From Octopus vulgaris (taxonomy: Eukaryota), in assembly GCA_951406725.2 (NCBI GenBank), contig OX597815.1:117614001-117678000 (forward strand): DNA of 64,000 nt, written 5' to 3'. Both the position numbers and the translations under genes were made by a program. Positions 13,745 to 25,600 of the stretch are shown here, piece by piece; within the stretch, counting starts at the first letter, position 1; every line of letters begins with the position of its first letter. The notes under the pieces are model-generated. The model had not been told where the DNA came from, did not search any database, and saw only the letters and a list, made by a program, of their open reading frames with translations.

Positions 13745-14991
13745 TGTACCGAAGAGATCATACTTGACTAACTTACTGGTAATGGAAGAATTGGTGACGC
13801 GCATCCTCGATGATGGTGATGCTGTTGACATCGTTTTATTGGACTTTGCCAAAGCTTTTGACTCGGTAAACCACCGCCTATTACTTGTCAAGCTTCAAGC
13901 ATATAGTTTCCATCCGGATATTGTACGATGGGTTGGTGCCTTCCTCTCAGATCGCTCTTTCCAAGTCCAAGTTAATGGTTCGCTGTCCGACGTCTTCAGT
14001 GCGAGCAGTGGCGTGCCTCAAGGTTCAGTGCTTGGGCCCTTATTGTTCTTAGTCTTCATAATGACTTGCTCGACGACCTCACGCAACACACCCTTCTATT
14101 TGCCGATGATGTCAAACTGGTCGCTCCTCGCGGTGATATAGAGGATCTTCGTTGATGCCACCACCAAGTTTGGAGATGGTCTAACGAATGGGACCTGTGT
14201 CTGAACGTGTCAAAGTGCTGTCATCTGCCTGTTGGCTCTTCTCCTGCAACTCAACTTGATTTCGAGCCGGGTCGTCTGCTGCTGGAGAGGACCGACCAGG
14301 TAAAGGACCTAGCTATCTTGGTGGATTTTTCCTTTTCGCCTTCGGCCCAGTGCGTCCATGCTGCCAACAAAGCACGCGGAGTTCTGTTTTTGATTCGACG
14401 GTCATTCGGAATGCCCACAGCAGCTATATTCCTACCGCTCTATGCCACGCTGGTGAGACCCATATTGGAGTACGGGATTCAAGCCTCTTCTCCTTATCTC
14501 CTCAAAGACATACAGCATCTCGAAAGAGTCCAGAAGCTGGCTACCCGCATGGTTCTTGGTCTCAAGCATTTCTCTTATGAAGAAAGGCTGAAGACGCTCG
14601 ACCTTTATTCTCTAGAAAACCGACGACGCCGTGGTGATCTCATTCTTGCTCACAACATCATAAGCGGAAAGTGTAACCTCTCGAAAGAGCTGTTCTTCAC
14701 TCCTGCTCCAGAGCGTCGGCTGCGAGGTCACTCCGAAAAGCTCTATCTGCGACGATTTCATCTCAATCGAAGGTGAGGGGCTTTCTCCGTCCGGGTTGCG
14801 GATCCGTGGAATAAGCTGCCGGACGAGATAGTGAAGATGCTGACGACCGCTCGGTTCAAAGTCTCCCTTGACCACAAATGGCCTGAACTCTTTACATGAA
14901 CACCACCCTGTACTTAACTCCATGCCCCCCTACATGGCCTTGCTTTTTGTTTTTTGAGCCAAAAATTAACTAACTAACTAACTAACTAACT

Positions 14992-14994
<3 letters not shown>
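13745..14994 (+). mobile_element. 5'-truncated CR1-clade LINE (RT pseudogene, 3' UTR, (TAAC)n tail)
   Basis: [58 protein letters not shown]; frameshift ~14060, stops ~14152 and 14774; ends WPELFT*. Confidence 0.95.
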
Positions 14995-15035
<41 letters not shown>

Positions 15036-15265
15036 TATATGCATGTATGTGTGTGTGTGTGTATGTATGTATACATGTATGTATGTATGTATGTATGTAT
15101 AATACATACACACATACACACATACATGCATATATTACAATATTACAATCATTTATATTTATAATAATGATTGATCCGAACCAAGCATTGTTGAAACAAT
15201 CATAAGGAAGGAAAAAAAGTATTCTTAAATCTATAAATTCCCTTTTATCCTCCCGCTCTCTTTGT

Positions 15266-15344
15266 CTCCACACACAAACATGTTTCTGCACGAAGATTAA
15301 TCTTATAGAGAGATTAAGATTAGATTCATGCGTCTTCAGGGGAG
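15266..15344 (-). ncRNA. Hammerhead-like motif with long helix II
   Basis: Minus CTCCC-CTGAAGA-CGCATGAA..TTCGTGCA-GAAA-CATG-TT-(TG)3-TGGAG; ACATGT palindrome; helix I interrupted by a TG repeat. Confidence 0.55.
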
Positions 15345-16539
15345 GATTTTGAAAGAAAGAGAAGCACCAAAGCTACATTTGTTACAGACACTGAGCTATG
15401 TCTGCCACACATCCACAAAGAGCAGCTGAACTTATGCAAATAAGTATAAAACTATTCACAAAAAATGAATGAAAAATCGCCATATCTTAACTTCGATTAT
15501 TGAATTATATGAATGGGAGTAAAATTTTCAACATTAAAATAACAAATCCCGCAGTGTAATATCTCTCAATAGTATAAATAATCTCAAGAGAATGGATAAT
15601 ACATCATGTTATCATGATGGTTTATGGCCTATCGGTTAGGGTGCCGGACTCATGATCATGAGGTCGTGGGTTCGATTCCTGGGCGGGCGGTGATTTGTGT
15701 CTTTTTCGTTTTTTAATTTGTTTTTGTTGATGCACGTTAATTTAGTGAGTAGGTCTAACAAAACAACTGAATCCTCCTTGTCAGACGACGGAGATCCTCC
15801 TCCTCAACCACCACCACCACCACTACCACAATGCCCTATCATATCAAGTAGAAATTTCACACCACATGTTGCCCTCATCCTACGTATTGTTCAGTAGCGG
15901 AGTAATAATGAGTTCAGTTGCGTGGGTTTCTCGAAGCAATTTGATGGATTAACTTTATTCTTCGTGAGAAGAAACTGCAACGGCGTGATTCAACAACGTT
16001 AACAAAACAATCTGCCGGTTGAGATGGGTGTAACCACAGTTGCCTTCTAGTAACATTAATTTTGTATTTTACTGAAGTAACGACTTATAAAGTAGCCTAC
16101 TGCTGAAAAGAATAAACGATTCAGAGAAATGGAAGTCTGTATATATTTTTTGACTGCCTAATTTCTTCGTTGGTAGAAACAAGTTTGTATATTTATATTT
16201 TATACAGGAATTGGTAAACAGTTGAGTCATTGTTTAGAAGTTTCTACCGGGATAATTACTGGTTCGCTGAATTTCTGATTGTGAGACTGACAATGGAATA
16301 TCAGTAAGTTTGCCAATGAGAGAGATTATAAATCAAAAATGGTTTTGATTTCTGAATTTTCTCCATTCTAAGTGGTTTTACTGTGCGTCAAAAAGGCCCT
16401 AGCCTGAATATTTCTATTATCTCGCGCAAAATATACGTATACACGTAGAAAATAACCGCCCTCACACACATAGACACACATACGCACATGTATGTACACA
16501 TATATACATATATGTATATATATGTCTGTATGCGCATGT

Positions 16540-17125
16540 GAGTGTATATGGACGTTTTCTTTACAGAGTTTTCTCCCCCATCCATAGGTAGCTTGTCAGC
16601 CAATACTAAAAAGTGCCTGTCCGTTTAAGGTATCGATTATGGTGTGATAGATACCAGCCTAGCATTTACCCCGTTGGCCAAAACTAGACCCAAGGTGCTT
16701 TATAGGTTTTACTACAATCAATTCTCTGTTATTTGTTTTTGCTGTATAGTCGTTGAGCCTTTTCTGAATTTATCCGGCCATTGGCTCGTCACTGGTGGTG
16801 GGTTTCTGGAAATCCTCTTTATGAACCTTGCTTGAATGCCCGTTTAGTCACTCACGAATCGTCCGTGCGACAGTTTGTACTGGGTTACTTGTTATCAGTA
16901 GTACTCACAAACAATCTCGTAATATGTGATAGCTGCAACTCGGTTTCGAGATGTGGTTTTTCAGTTGTGCTAGAGGTTTACACTCTTTTGCTCAGATGTG
17001 GCAATGAAAGGTGCCTCTTTCAGCAGGAGTTCAGAGAGCTTACCGCCTTTGTTGATACATACTTATATTCCATCGTGGAATTTTTCATTGAGTGTTTGCC
17101 TTATCTCCTGACTAAGCAATAAAAA
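16540..17125 (-). mobile_element. Highly decayed PLE GIY-YIG-like fragment
   Basis: Minus-strand remnants YEIVCEY and RTIRE*LNGH; many stops. Confidence 0.4.
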
Positions 17126-17429
17126 CCACTCGTGCATACATACATACGTACATACATACATACATGCATAAATACATACATGCATACATATATAATATAA
17201 AATAAAGGATAAAAATAATTAATGATTTTTACCAGGTGATCAGCGCGGAAAGAAAACCCTCATAGGTAAATTTTACAATTATTTTATAATTATATACATA
17301 ATTATAACAAGGGCTTGGCTTGCTCCTCACCACTCACTGAAAAAATACACGTCATAAGACACTCTTACCACCGTAAATTCTCCGAGTATAACGCACTACA
17401 TAAAAGGCTAGCAATGCTATGGAAAACCG

Positions 17430-17480
17430 GCGCTGATGAAGGCAATAGGTAATATTTTTGGGAAACAGGATTTTGTACGC
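17430..17480 (+). ncRNA. Degenerate hammerhead-like motif
   Basis: GCG-CTGATGA..GAAA-CAGGATTTTG-TA-CGC; helix II imperfect. Confidence 0.45.
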
Positions 17481-19121
17481 GGTTAACCGAAAGTTTTAAT
17501 TCACTTTCTTTCTTTTGCTATTATGTATATAGCATATGCATACATACATACATACATACATACATACATACATACATACATACATACATACATACATACA
17601 TACATACATAGACACACTTCCATGCTGTTTCCATCCACTAGATGTTTACTGACTTTCTTTTTGAAGTCTTGTTTACGATAATGAAAATCTGAAGATGTTT
17701 GTTTATTCCTGTCTAAAAGTGTTAGACGATTGTATTATTTGAAAATAGTATGTAAGTATTTAACTGGATTAAGACGCTGTAGATTCGCATTGTGTAAATG
17801 ACAGTGGGAGAGAGGGGGCGGCACAGTAGACACCATTATTCAGTTATTCAATACTAAAGAAAAACATGGTGGTTGAATAGAGATAATAACTACTATAGCG
17901 ATGAACAGAAAATGGAGAGGAAGATGATTTAGTGATGATGATGGTGATGATTTTCATTGAAATTTCATTGATATTTCATGTTTATATTCTTATTAATAAA
18001 GTAGGTCTACCGACATGATAACATTTATGTTGATCAGATTTTTATAAATAGAATTCTCTGTAGCCAGCTCTCCAACAGAGTAGGTATTATGGCTCGTCGT
18101 CGACTTTCATCCAAGCGATATTTAAATGCTGTCTTTCAACAGTTTAGTAATTACTTTAATAAGTGGCTTAAGAAGTGCAAAACATCACAACAACAATGAT
18201 ATCTATTGCTGGCTAAAAATACATTTCATTAATTACTTCATATCTCTAGCATGCCGCTGTTTCTCCATCTCAGAACTTGTTTATTTATTTCTTACTTGAA
18301 AGTTGATTGCCAGAGTATTTAAATGGCTGCTCTTACGCTTACGTTATTATGTCCATATTGCTGGTCTTCAAATGGCTTCGAAATTTTTGATTGTTGGAAG
18401 AAATTCAATTATAAGACCACAAAAATTGAATTAAAATTAGATGGGCAGAATAAATTTTATTACATAAAGGACGATCTATTCGTAAAGACGTTTGTGAATG
18501 AAGCAGACGAGCTCATACAGCGCTAGATCATATTAATAAATTGAAATTTCATGATTGACTTTTGGAATCACGTGGCTCAGATTATTTAGCATCTAGCTTT
18601 GTCATATCTTAATAACAAACGGTAGCCAGTTAAATGATGTTTAAGAAGAACACTACATTTATCACCAATGACTGTAGCTCTTTTCAAGAAAAACATTAAT
18701 TGTACCCGATGTGTAGTAGAACAGTCCTCTACTTTATCGACAACTAAATTCCTACAAATTAAACCCCACCATCTTAAAAAGAAAGAATACATTAGACAAT
18801 GCCGTCTTCGTAAACACGAACACTACACAACTAGAACCCCTTAAGTTACAACAAATGCTAGGCCAACTCAACACTGTGAACTCAGATCCTTAACATAGCA
18901 AGGACTGCATCTCCTAGGCCGGCCTTCCGCTTCAGAACCAGAAAGTACTTTATCTTACCAACACTTTACAAGGCTCAGTTGAGATCTACAATGATAAACC
19001 GCTCATTCATCTAGCACGGTGCTGATACTACACATACAGATATAGAACACATCAAAAGAAAAGCCACCTGATAGATTGTTAACGTGTATTTCATGCTGAA
19101 GACTAGTACTACTAATAGTAG

Positions 19122-19718
19122 CAAGGCCTTCGCTAAGCCCCTGCAACCCCTACGGTCGCAAGGGGCCTCCACGGTTGAGGGGCCCCATGTTGAGATCAAA
19201 GTACGTAGATGAGTCATCTATTTACTTGGGTTAAGATGTTGAATAAGAATTAAACTACGTTAACTGAAAATTTCAAGAAATAAAATGGTATTACATTGTA
19301 CCTGAAAAAGTTTTGTAAAAAATATTACATCGTACAACGAACGTGTACCAGACTTTGGGGATTGTCTATGATATCAATTGAACACGAACTTAGCTCTCAG
19401 CTTGATTATTCTGAATTGATCGATGATTTCGAGAAACGAAAAATGGGCCGTGTTTGTCTTTGAAAGTTGCCTGGATTATAAAAGTGCTCTTTTATTCATA
19501 TCTGGAAGTTTTGCTTATTGAAATTTGTAATAGACCTAAATGAATTCAACTTGTACTTTTAAAGATGTTCTTTAGGATAACGTGAAATACTGAACTTCAA
19601 ATAGAATAAAGTAAAGTATAGCTATGAATAAAAAGTGCGTAGATTATGAATTTTGATTGAAGGGATGGGGCCTCGAAACAAGTTGCAGGAACCCTCTGAA
19701 AGTCACGTGACGGAGCTG
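19122..19718 (+). mobile_element. Internally deleted hAT (Tip100/ZMYM1-type) element
   Basis: Degenerate TIRs CAAGGCCTTCGC / GTGACGGAGCTG; 8-bp TSD AATAGTAG/AGTGGTAG (6/8); 19350-19463 reads RLWGLSMISIEHELSSQLDYSELIDDFEKRKMGRVCL* (hAT dimerisation C-terminus). Confidence 0.75.
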
Positions 19719-19797
19719 AGTGGTAGTAATAGAATCTTGGTAATGGTAACAAAAGTAATATCTATTTTTGATTTGTTTATACTATTGATTACTTTCT

Positions 19798-20020
19798 AAA
19801 GGTGGCGAGCTGGCAGAATCGTTACCGCGTCTGACACAAGGCTTAATAACATTTTCTCCGGCTCTTTACGTACTGAGTTCAAATTCCACCGAGATCGACC
19901 GTACCTTTCATCCTTTCGATGTCGATAAAATAAGTACCAGTTGAGTAATGAGCTGAATATAATCGACTTCCACCACTCACCTCATAATTGCAAGCCTTGT
20001 GCAAAAATTTGAAAGGATTA
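19798..20020 (+). mobile_element. SINE family A
   Basis: aaggtggcgagctggcagaatcgtt head; cctttcatcctttcgatgtcgataaaataagtaccag domain. Confidence 0.85.
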
Positions 20021-20226
20021 CCATTTAATTATTATTTACTTTACTGATAATTCTCATATTACTGTAAAACCGCAAAAACATTTTCATAGATTCTAAAAGA
20101 AATTCTGGCTGTTGTTTCGGAGCTCCATGCCAGTCACGATGATGTAAGCCTATGTTTAAATACGTTACATTTACTACGACACTATCTTTTATTTGACGAA
20201 CATTGTATATTTTGGACTACATTATC

Positions 20227-20575
20227 TAATGTGTCTTTTTGTTACCGTGACGGACGAAATACTCGACGGTATGTTGACTGGTCTTACGTCCTGAGTTCAA
20301 ATTCTGCCGAGGTTGACTTGCCTTTCACCTTTTCGGGGTCGATAAGATAAATATCAGTCAAGTACTTAATGTCTCTTTTGTTACCGTGACGGACAAAATA
20401 CTTAGTGGTATTTCTTTCGGTTTTACAGATTGAGTTCAAATACCACCGAGATCGATCTTACCTTTCACCCTTTCGGGGTCGAGAAAATAAATACCAGTCA
20501 AGTAGAGGGGTTGTTGAAATCGACGCCCCTCTTCCTGAAATTGCTGGTTTTCTATTTATAATAGAAAGGATTATA
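20227..20575 (+). mobile_element. Tandemly duplicated 5'-truncated SINE family A
   Basis: Unit taatgt..ttttgttaccgtgacggac..aatac occurs at ~20227 and ~20367. Confidence 0.8.
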
Positions 20576-22578
20576 TAATGTGTCTTTCCCTTTATTTCTA
20601 AGTCAGTTGAGCATGATTTACATGAGAATTGGTTGCTTTTTCAAGCCGAACGAGCAACCCACACAGTTCTGCAGAAAGTACTCGCTTCTCTAATGTCGAG
20701 TCCCTCATCCCCCACAAACAGTAATTATTTTGAAAAAACCACGATGACCCATTCACTTTAACAACGACCTGGATTACACTAAAAACTGTTACTGAGAACA
20801 TGAATAGAAACGGCTCACACGAACAAGAGGGAAAAATTATTCCTGAGTAATTATTTGAAAACTGAGAGAATATAAACATACGCAGTGGACGTATTTATGA
20901 CCGACACTCGCTAAATCTCTTTATTCTATAAACACAGTGTGAGGTGAAATTGTGACGGCGCATAGAATCTCATAGTCAGGATAACATTTCCTAAATTTAC
21001 TGGAGATAAATCAGTGTAAGAGTGAAGCAGAAACAATATGGGCAAATTAATTTCCGTTTGGTGCAAGTGTTATTGGGTACAAATTGAAGGGAGGGGACCA
21101 CCAAATGTAGTTGTGAGCTAAGACGAGAGATAGTTCCTTCTAGAATGCTTGCTCACTTATAACGCCCTCGTAAACAATTGTAACTACAATTCTCAACGCA
21201 TTTAAATGGTTCGTACATACACACACAAATATATGTGTGCATATATGAGAATATCTTGAGTTTTATATATATGAGTTTTATATATATGTCTCTCTCTCTT
21301 TCTTTCTCTCTCTCTCTCTCCATATATATATACACATACATACATACATACATACATACATACATACATACATACATACATACATACATACATACATACA
21401 ACACAGCATGTATTGGAAACGGAAGATACATTTAAAGTAGTTAAACCATAACATTTAAAGCCTTTGCTGTGAAGCTTTAAACTGATGAAAATACATCTTG
21501 CTATCTTCGTCGCAAATAAGAAATAAAAAATATGATTTTCGCTTATCTTCTCTTTAGTTTGCCACTTAGTAGAAAACAAATACTTCCCCATCCTTCAGAC
21601 TGCAAAAAAGAATCTATATATAATAGACTGCTATTTAAATCAAGCACAAACCAGAAGTCTATTATCATGGTTAAACTAATTTGCTTACTATGGGTCCATC
21701 AGTGACGTGATTAACAAATTAGGAAATATTTTGCTTACTGCACAGCGTGTATAAAAAGTTTAAAATAAAATTAGAGTATTTAGATTTTTTAAAAACATTT
21801 TTTCTTAATTTCTTTAATATTTCTAAAGTTCCAAAGCGAAGTCTTACAAAAAAGGTGTAAATTACTGCAGATTTATCATAGGTTTCTATTACATGCTATG
21901 TTGCGCATAAATATTTATTACTTATTAATCAGACAGCCAGTGAACGCTTGGTATGCACATTAGTCTAGCTATTGCACGGTTGAAAAATAAGGGAGAGTTT
22001 GTGGTCAGATGAATGGCCAGTGAACCATGAAACATTTCAAGACAGTGTACGGAACTAAGAAGAAGGAGAATTTACAACTGTTTTAAGTTTCACTGCAATG
22101 GCTGTTTGTTAGGAAACTATTTAGCATAAATAGAAAACCTGGTACTAATTTAGGATCTAGTGGCTTGAAATATTATATATATCTAATAGCTGAATATGTT
22201 GATTACTTATACAAACTTCATGTTGAGACTTTCCAAATATGAATCTACAATAGTTCGCGCGTGCGCACTCACTTTCTCTCTCTCTCTCTCACACACACAC
22301 ACACGCAAACACACACACACACACACACGCATGCACATAATAACATGTGTTTTCTCTCCTGGTGCTGTATAAACATTTACTGTGGTTTTGGAGTCAAGTT
22401 TTGGCTGCCATATATAGCATGGTGGTATCTCTTATATACCCTTAATTATAATTTTAATGATAATTATTACCTTTGAGGTTTCTATTCCCATACTGGCCAC
22501 TTGATAAGATCGGTATTTTAAATAATGATCTTATCCTTATTTATATAAATTTATATATATATATATAGGATCGTTTGT

Positions 22579-23145
22579 GAGGAACCGAGTTAGTAAATGT
22601 TTTTATTTTCATTTCACTAAATTTATCTAGCTTCTGTGTTTCTAGCACATATTTCGCCTTAATGTACTGATATATGAATAATATATGGCCTGAGCTAGTT
22701 TCACCAGCGATAATAATTAATTTTATTTTATCGCAATTTGACTTGTTTACATATTTCTCGATAAATTTTGAGCGTTAGACAATATACCAGAAATCCCTAG
22801 TTTTGTCGGGACGTTCTGAGTCTGCGCAGTGATCTGATTAGTTAGAGAGAGCAAATCATTAGAAGCACATGCTTCTAGTGAGTTAGGATCTCAGAACAAC
22901 AGGGCTCTTACCGATGAATTCTCCCTGAGCAAATAAATTATCTTTATTGGTGAAAAGAACGAAACTGCAGTCTAAGAGGACCCGAGTTAGTAAATGTTTT
23001 TATTTTCATTTCACTAAATTTATCTAGCTTCTGTGTTTCTAGCACATATTTCGCCTTAATGTACTGATATATGAATAATATATAGCCTGAGCTAGTTTCA
23101 CCAGCGATAATAATTAATTTTATTTTATCGCAATTTGACTTGTTT
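22579..23145 (+). mobile_element. Retrozyme/PLE pseudo-LTR-like tandem 1.4-mer, 397-nt period
   Basis: 22579-22748 equals 22976-23145 (170 bp, 2 mismatches seen); hammerhead at the junction; (TA)n flanks. Confidence 0.7.
22905..22978 (+). ncRNA. Type-I hammerhead ribozyme-like motif
   Basis: CTCTTA-CCGATGA-ATTCT..AATAAA/TTTATT..AGAAC-GAAA-CTGCAG-TC-TAAGAG: 6-bp helix I, ACTGCAGT palindrome, GUC site (cleavage after 22972). Confidence 0.75.
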
Positions 23146-23173
23146 GTATATATATATATATGTGTGTGTGTCA

Positions 23174-23430
23174 AGGCGCATAGCTCAGTGGTTAGAGCGT
23201 CGAGCTTACGACCACAAGGTTGTGAGTTCGATTCCCGGACCGGGCTGCATGTTGTGTTCTTGAGCAAGACACTATATTTCATGTTGATCCAGTTCACTCA
23301 GCTGTAGAAATGAGTTGCGACGTCACTGGTGCCAAGCTGTATCGGATTTTGCCTTTCTCTTGGATAACATCGGTGTCGTGGAGAGGAGAGGCCGGTATGC
23401 ATGGCCGACTGCTGGTCTTCCATAAAAACA
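23174..23430 (+). mobile_element. tRNA-derived SINE (family B-related)
   Basis: Box A TAGCTCAGTGG, box B GAGTTCGATTCCC, then ttcttgagcaagacact body. Confidence 0.85.
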
Positions 23431-23752
23431 ACCCTAGGTTGTGCGTTCGCCGATGAGGCGCTTTCCACCCAGACTTGTACTCCGGAGTGGAACCTCCTAG
23501 ATGCACGCATGGTCATTCGTCGAGTTAGTCTTTGCCATTCTAATAGCAAAAGAATAAACAATTCTGCTACAAACTTCATTAGCTTGCAGCTATAAGACGC
23601 GATGCATCGTTGGATGCTGGAGTATTACTCTATAACTCCATTGGAGCTTCAAATATGTGCAGTGTTATTTGGGAAGACATAAAACATTTACCTTTAAGGT
23701 GGTGCTCCAAAATGGCCATAGACAAATGACTGAAAGAAGTAAATGAATAAAA

Positions 23753-23812
<60 letters not shown>

Positions 23813-23917
23813 GCGCAAACACAGAAGGAACATTACCAATGAAAAAACATAAACATATATAGGAAATGAATTCAGGTGTCTGATGGGGAGAAGCTTCCAT
23901 GGGAAGTTTCTTCGGTG

Positions 23918-23950
<33 letters not shown>

Positions 23951-24894
23951 ATTTTAAAGTATCTCCGCCTCTAGGGGATGTGTCACAATTACCAAATTGC
24001 AATAGATGACGCGTATTGAGTTCTCTTCCTAGCCATATGGTTTCGAATTCATTTTCACTACACTGGCGCCTTAGGCAAGTATCTTCCACTACTTCATGCT
24101 TTCGATGCCATAATGAAATAAATGATTCCTTTCTTGAAAATACAGGTAGGAGTCAGTACCAGGAAGAGCATCCAGCTTTAAAACGATACCTCAAATAACA
24201 TATTCGCCTAACCCATGCGCGTATAGAAAAACGGACATAAACATATAAATATATACGTATGAGAGTGGGTGTCTAAATGACGCTGGGTTTGTGAGATAGT
24301 TATTAAGCGAGAATATACTGATGAAAAATAACGACATAATTAAATTCTATGAATTAACTGCTAGAGTTTAGTCGAAACAGAGTGTTAGGGGACAAAAGAC
24401 CGAAAATGTTAGCTTTAAATTATGTCCTTATAGGGTAGCGATAAAAGGAGAGTACATTAATGAGCTTTCAAAGTAGCATTAGAGCCAGAAGGCGTGTGAA
24501 TATTAGATAGTTAATTTGTCATCAGGATGTTATTATCGGTGAGAGCTATTTGAATGTCAGTAGTAACGATTAAGAATATAGAGAAATGGAGTTTGTTGTT
24601 ATAGAATGGAATATAAACGTTGTGCTTAGGCTCTAGGTTTAATTTTGATGATAAATAAGTGAAAGGCATAAGCATAATAGCCTTAAATTAAATTAGAGGT
24701 GAAATTGATGCAAATCACTTTAATATTGCACATGAAAAAAAAATAGGGATACGCAAGTTACACGCCTACGCAAACAGTTGTAAACACATCACACATAAAT
24801 GTATATTCATTTATATGTGTATGTGCGTGCGTGCGACGGTGTGTGTGGGTGTGTAGGTGTGTGTGTGTGTGCGCGCGCGTACGTATCAGTGTGT

Positions 24895-25045
24895 TATTTA
24901 TAATAGAAGCAGTATTAGATTAAACTTCCGTACACAGATTAATATATATATATTAACTAAGATTCTACGACATCCTGAAGCAGAAACAGCTGTAAGCTAA
25001 AGAACTTCATTACATAACATTTGTTTTTCCGGTGTTATCTCTTTG

Positions 25046-25083
<38 letters not shown>

Positions 25084-25165
25084 CAGCTGTTTCTGCTTCA
25101 GGATGTGGTAGAGTCTTAGTTGAGTAACAACCAGGTTATTAGTCTCACCATGCCAAAGCGAAATA
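24895..25165. mobile_element. Inverted pair of PLE-terminus-like segments
   Basis: aactaagattctacgacatcctgaagcagaaacagctgt (~24955-24993) is inverted at ~25083-25121, with (TA)n in the spacer. Confidence 0.6.
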
Positions 25166-25182
25166 TACATATACATAGAAAT

Positions 25183-25274
<92 letters not shown>

Positions 25275-25289
25275 AATGAAAGACAGAAG

Positions 25290-25600
25290 ATGAATATACG
25301 GGAATTTATTAATCACAATTGTTTCGATACGTCTAGCACCGATACTCGTTAAGATAACAGTTCCGCAATGTAACTTCTCGTTTTGTTGAAAGAAAAACAG
25401 CCAGACGGAGGAAATATCTTCATTTATATAGAAGATCAGTAACAAAATCACAGATCGTAAAAAAAGAGAAACGAGTACGCAATACAGCAAGAAAAGTGTT
25501 CGTTTCTCTTTTTTCCCCTACCTGTAATTTTAATTTTGATTTTCTATATAAATGAAGATATTTTCTCCGTCTTGTTTTTCTTTCTACAAAACGAGAAGTT
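25290..25600. mobile_element. PLE-terminus-like foldback insert
   Basis: Arms ~25372-25475 and ~25498-25600 are inverted; degenerate GAAACAATTGT motif on minus at ~25311-25356. Confidence 0.6.

Noticed and set aside
18323-18526. 67-aa ORF MAALTLTLLCPYCW..
   Set aside because: No recognisable family or splice context; expected by chance
24318-24390. CTGATGA..GTCGAAACAGAGTGTT
   Set aside because: No helix I; 8-nt unpaired gap before helix II
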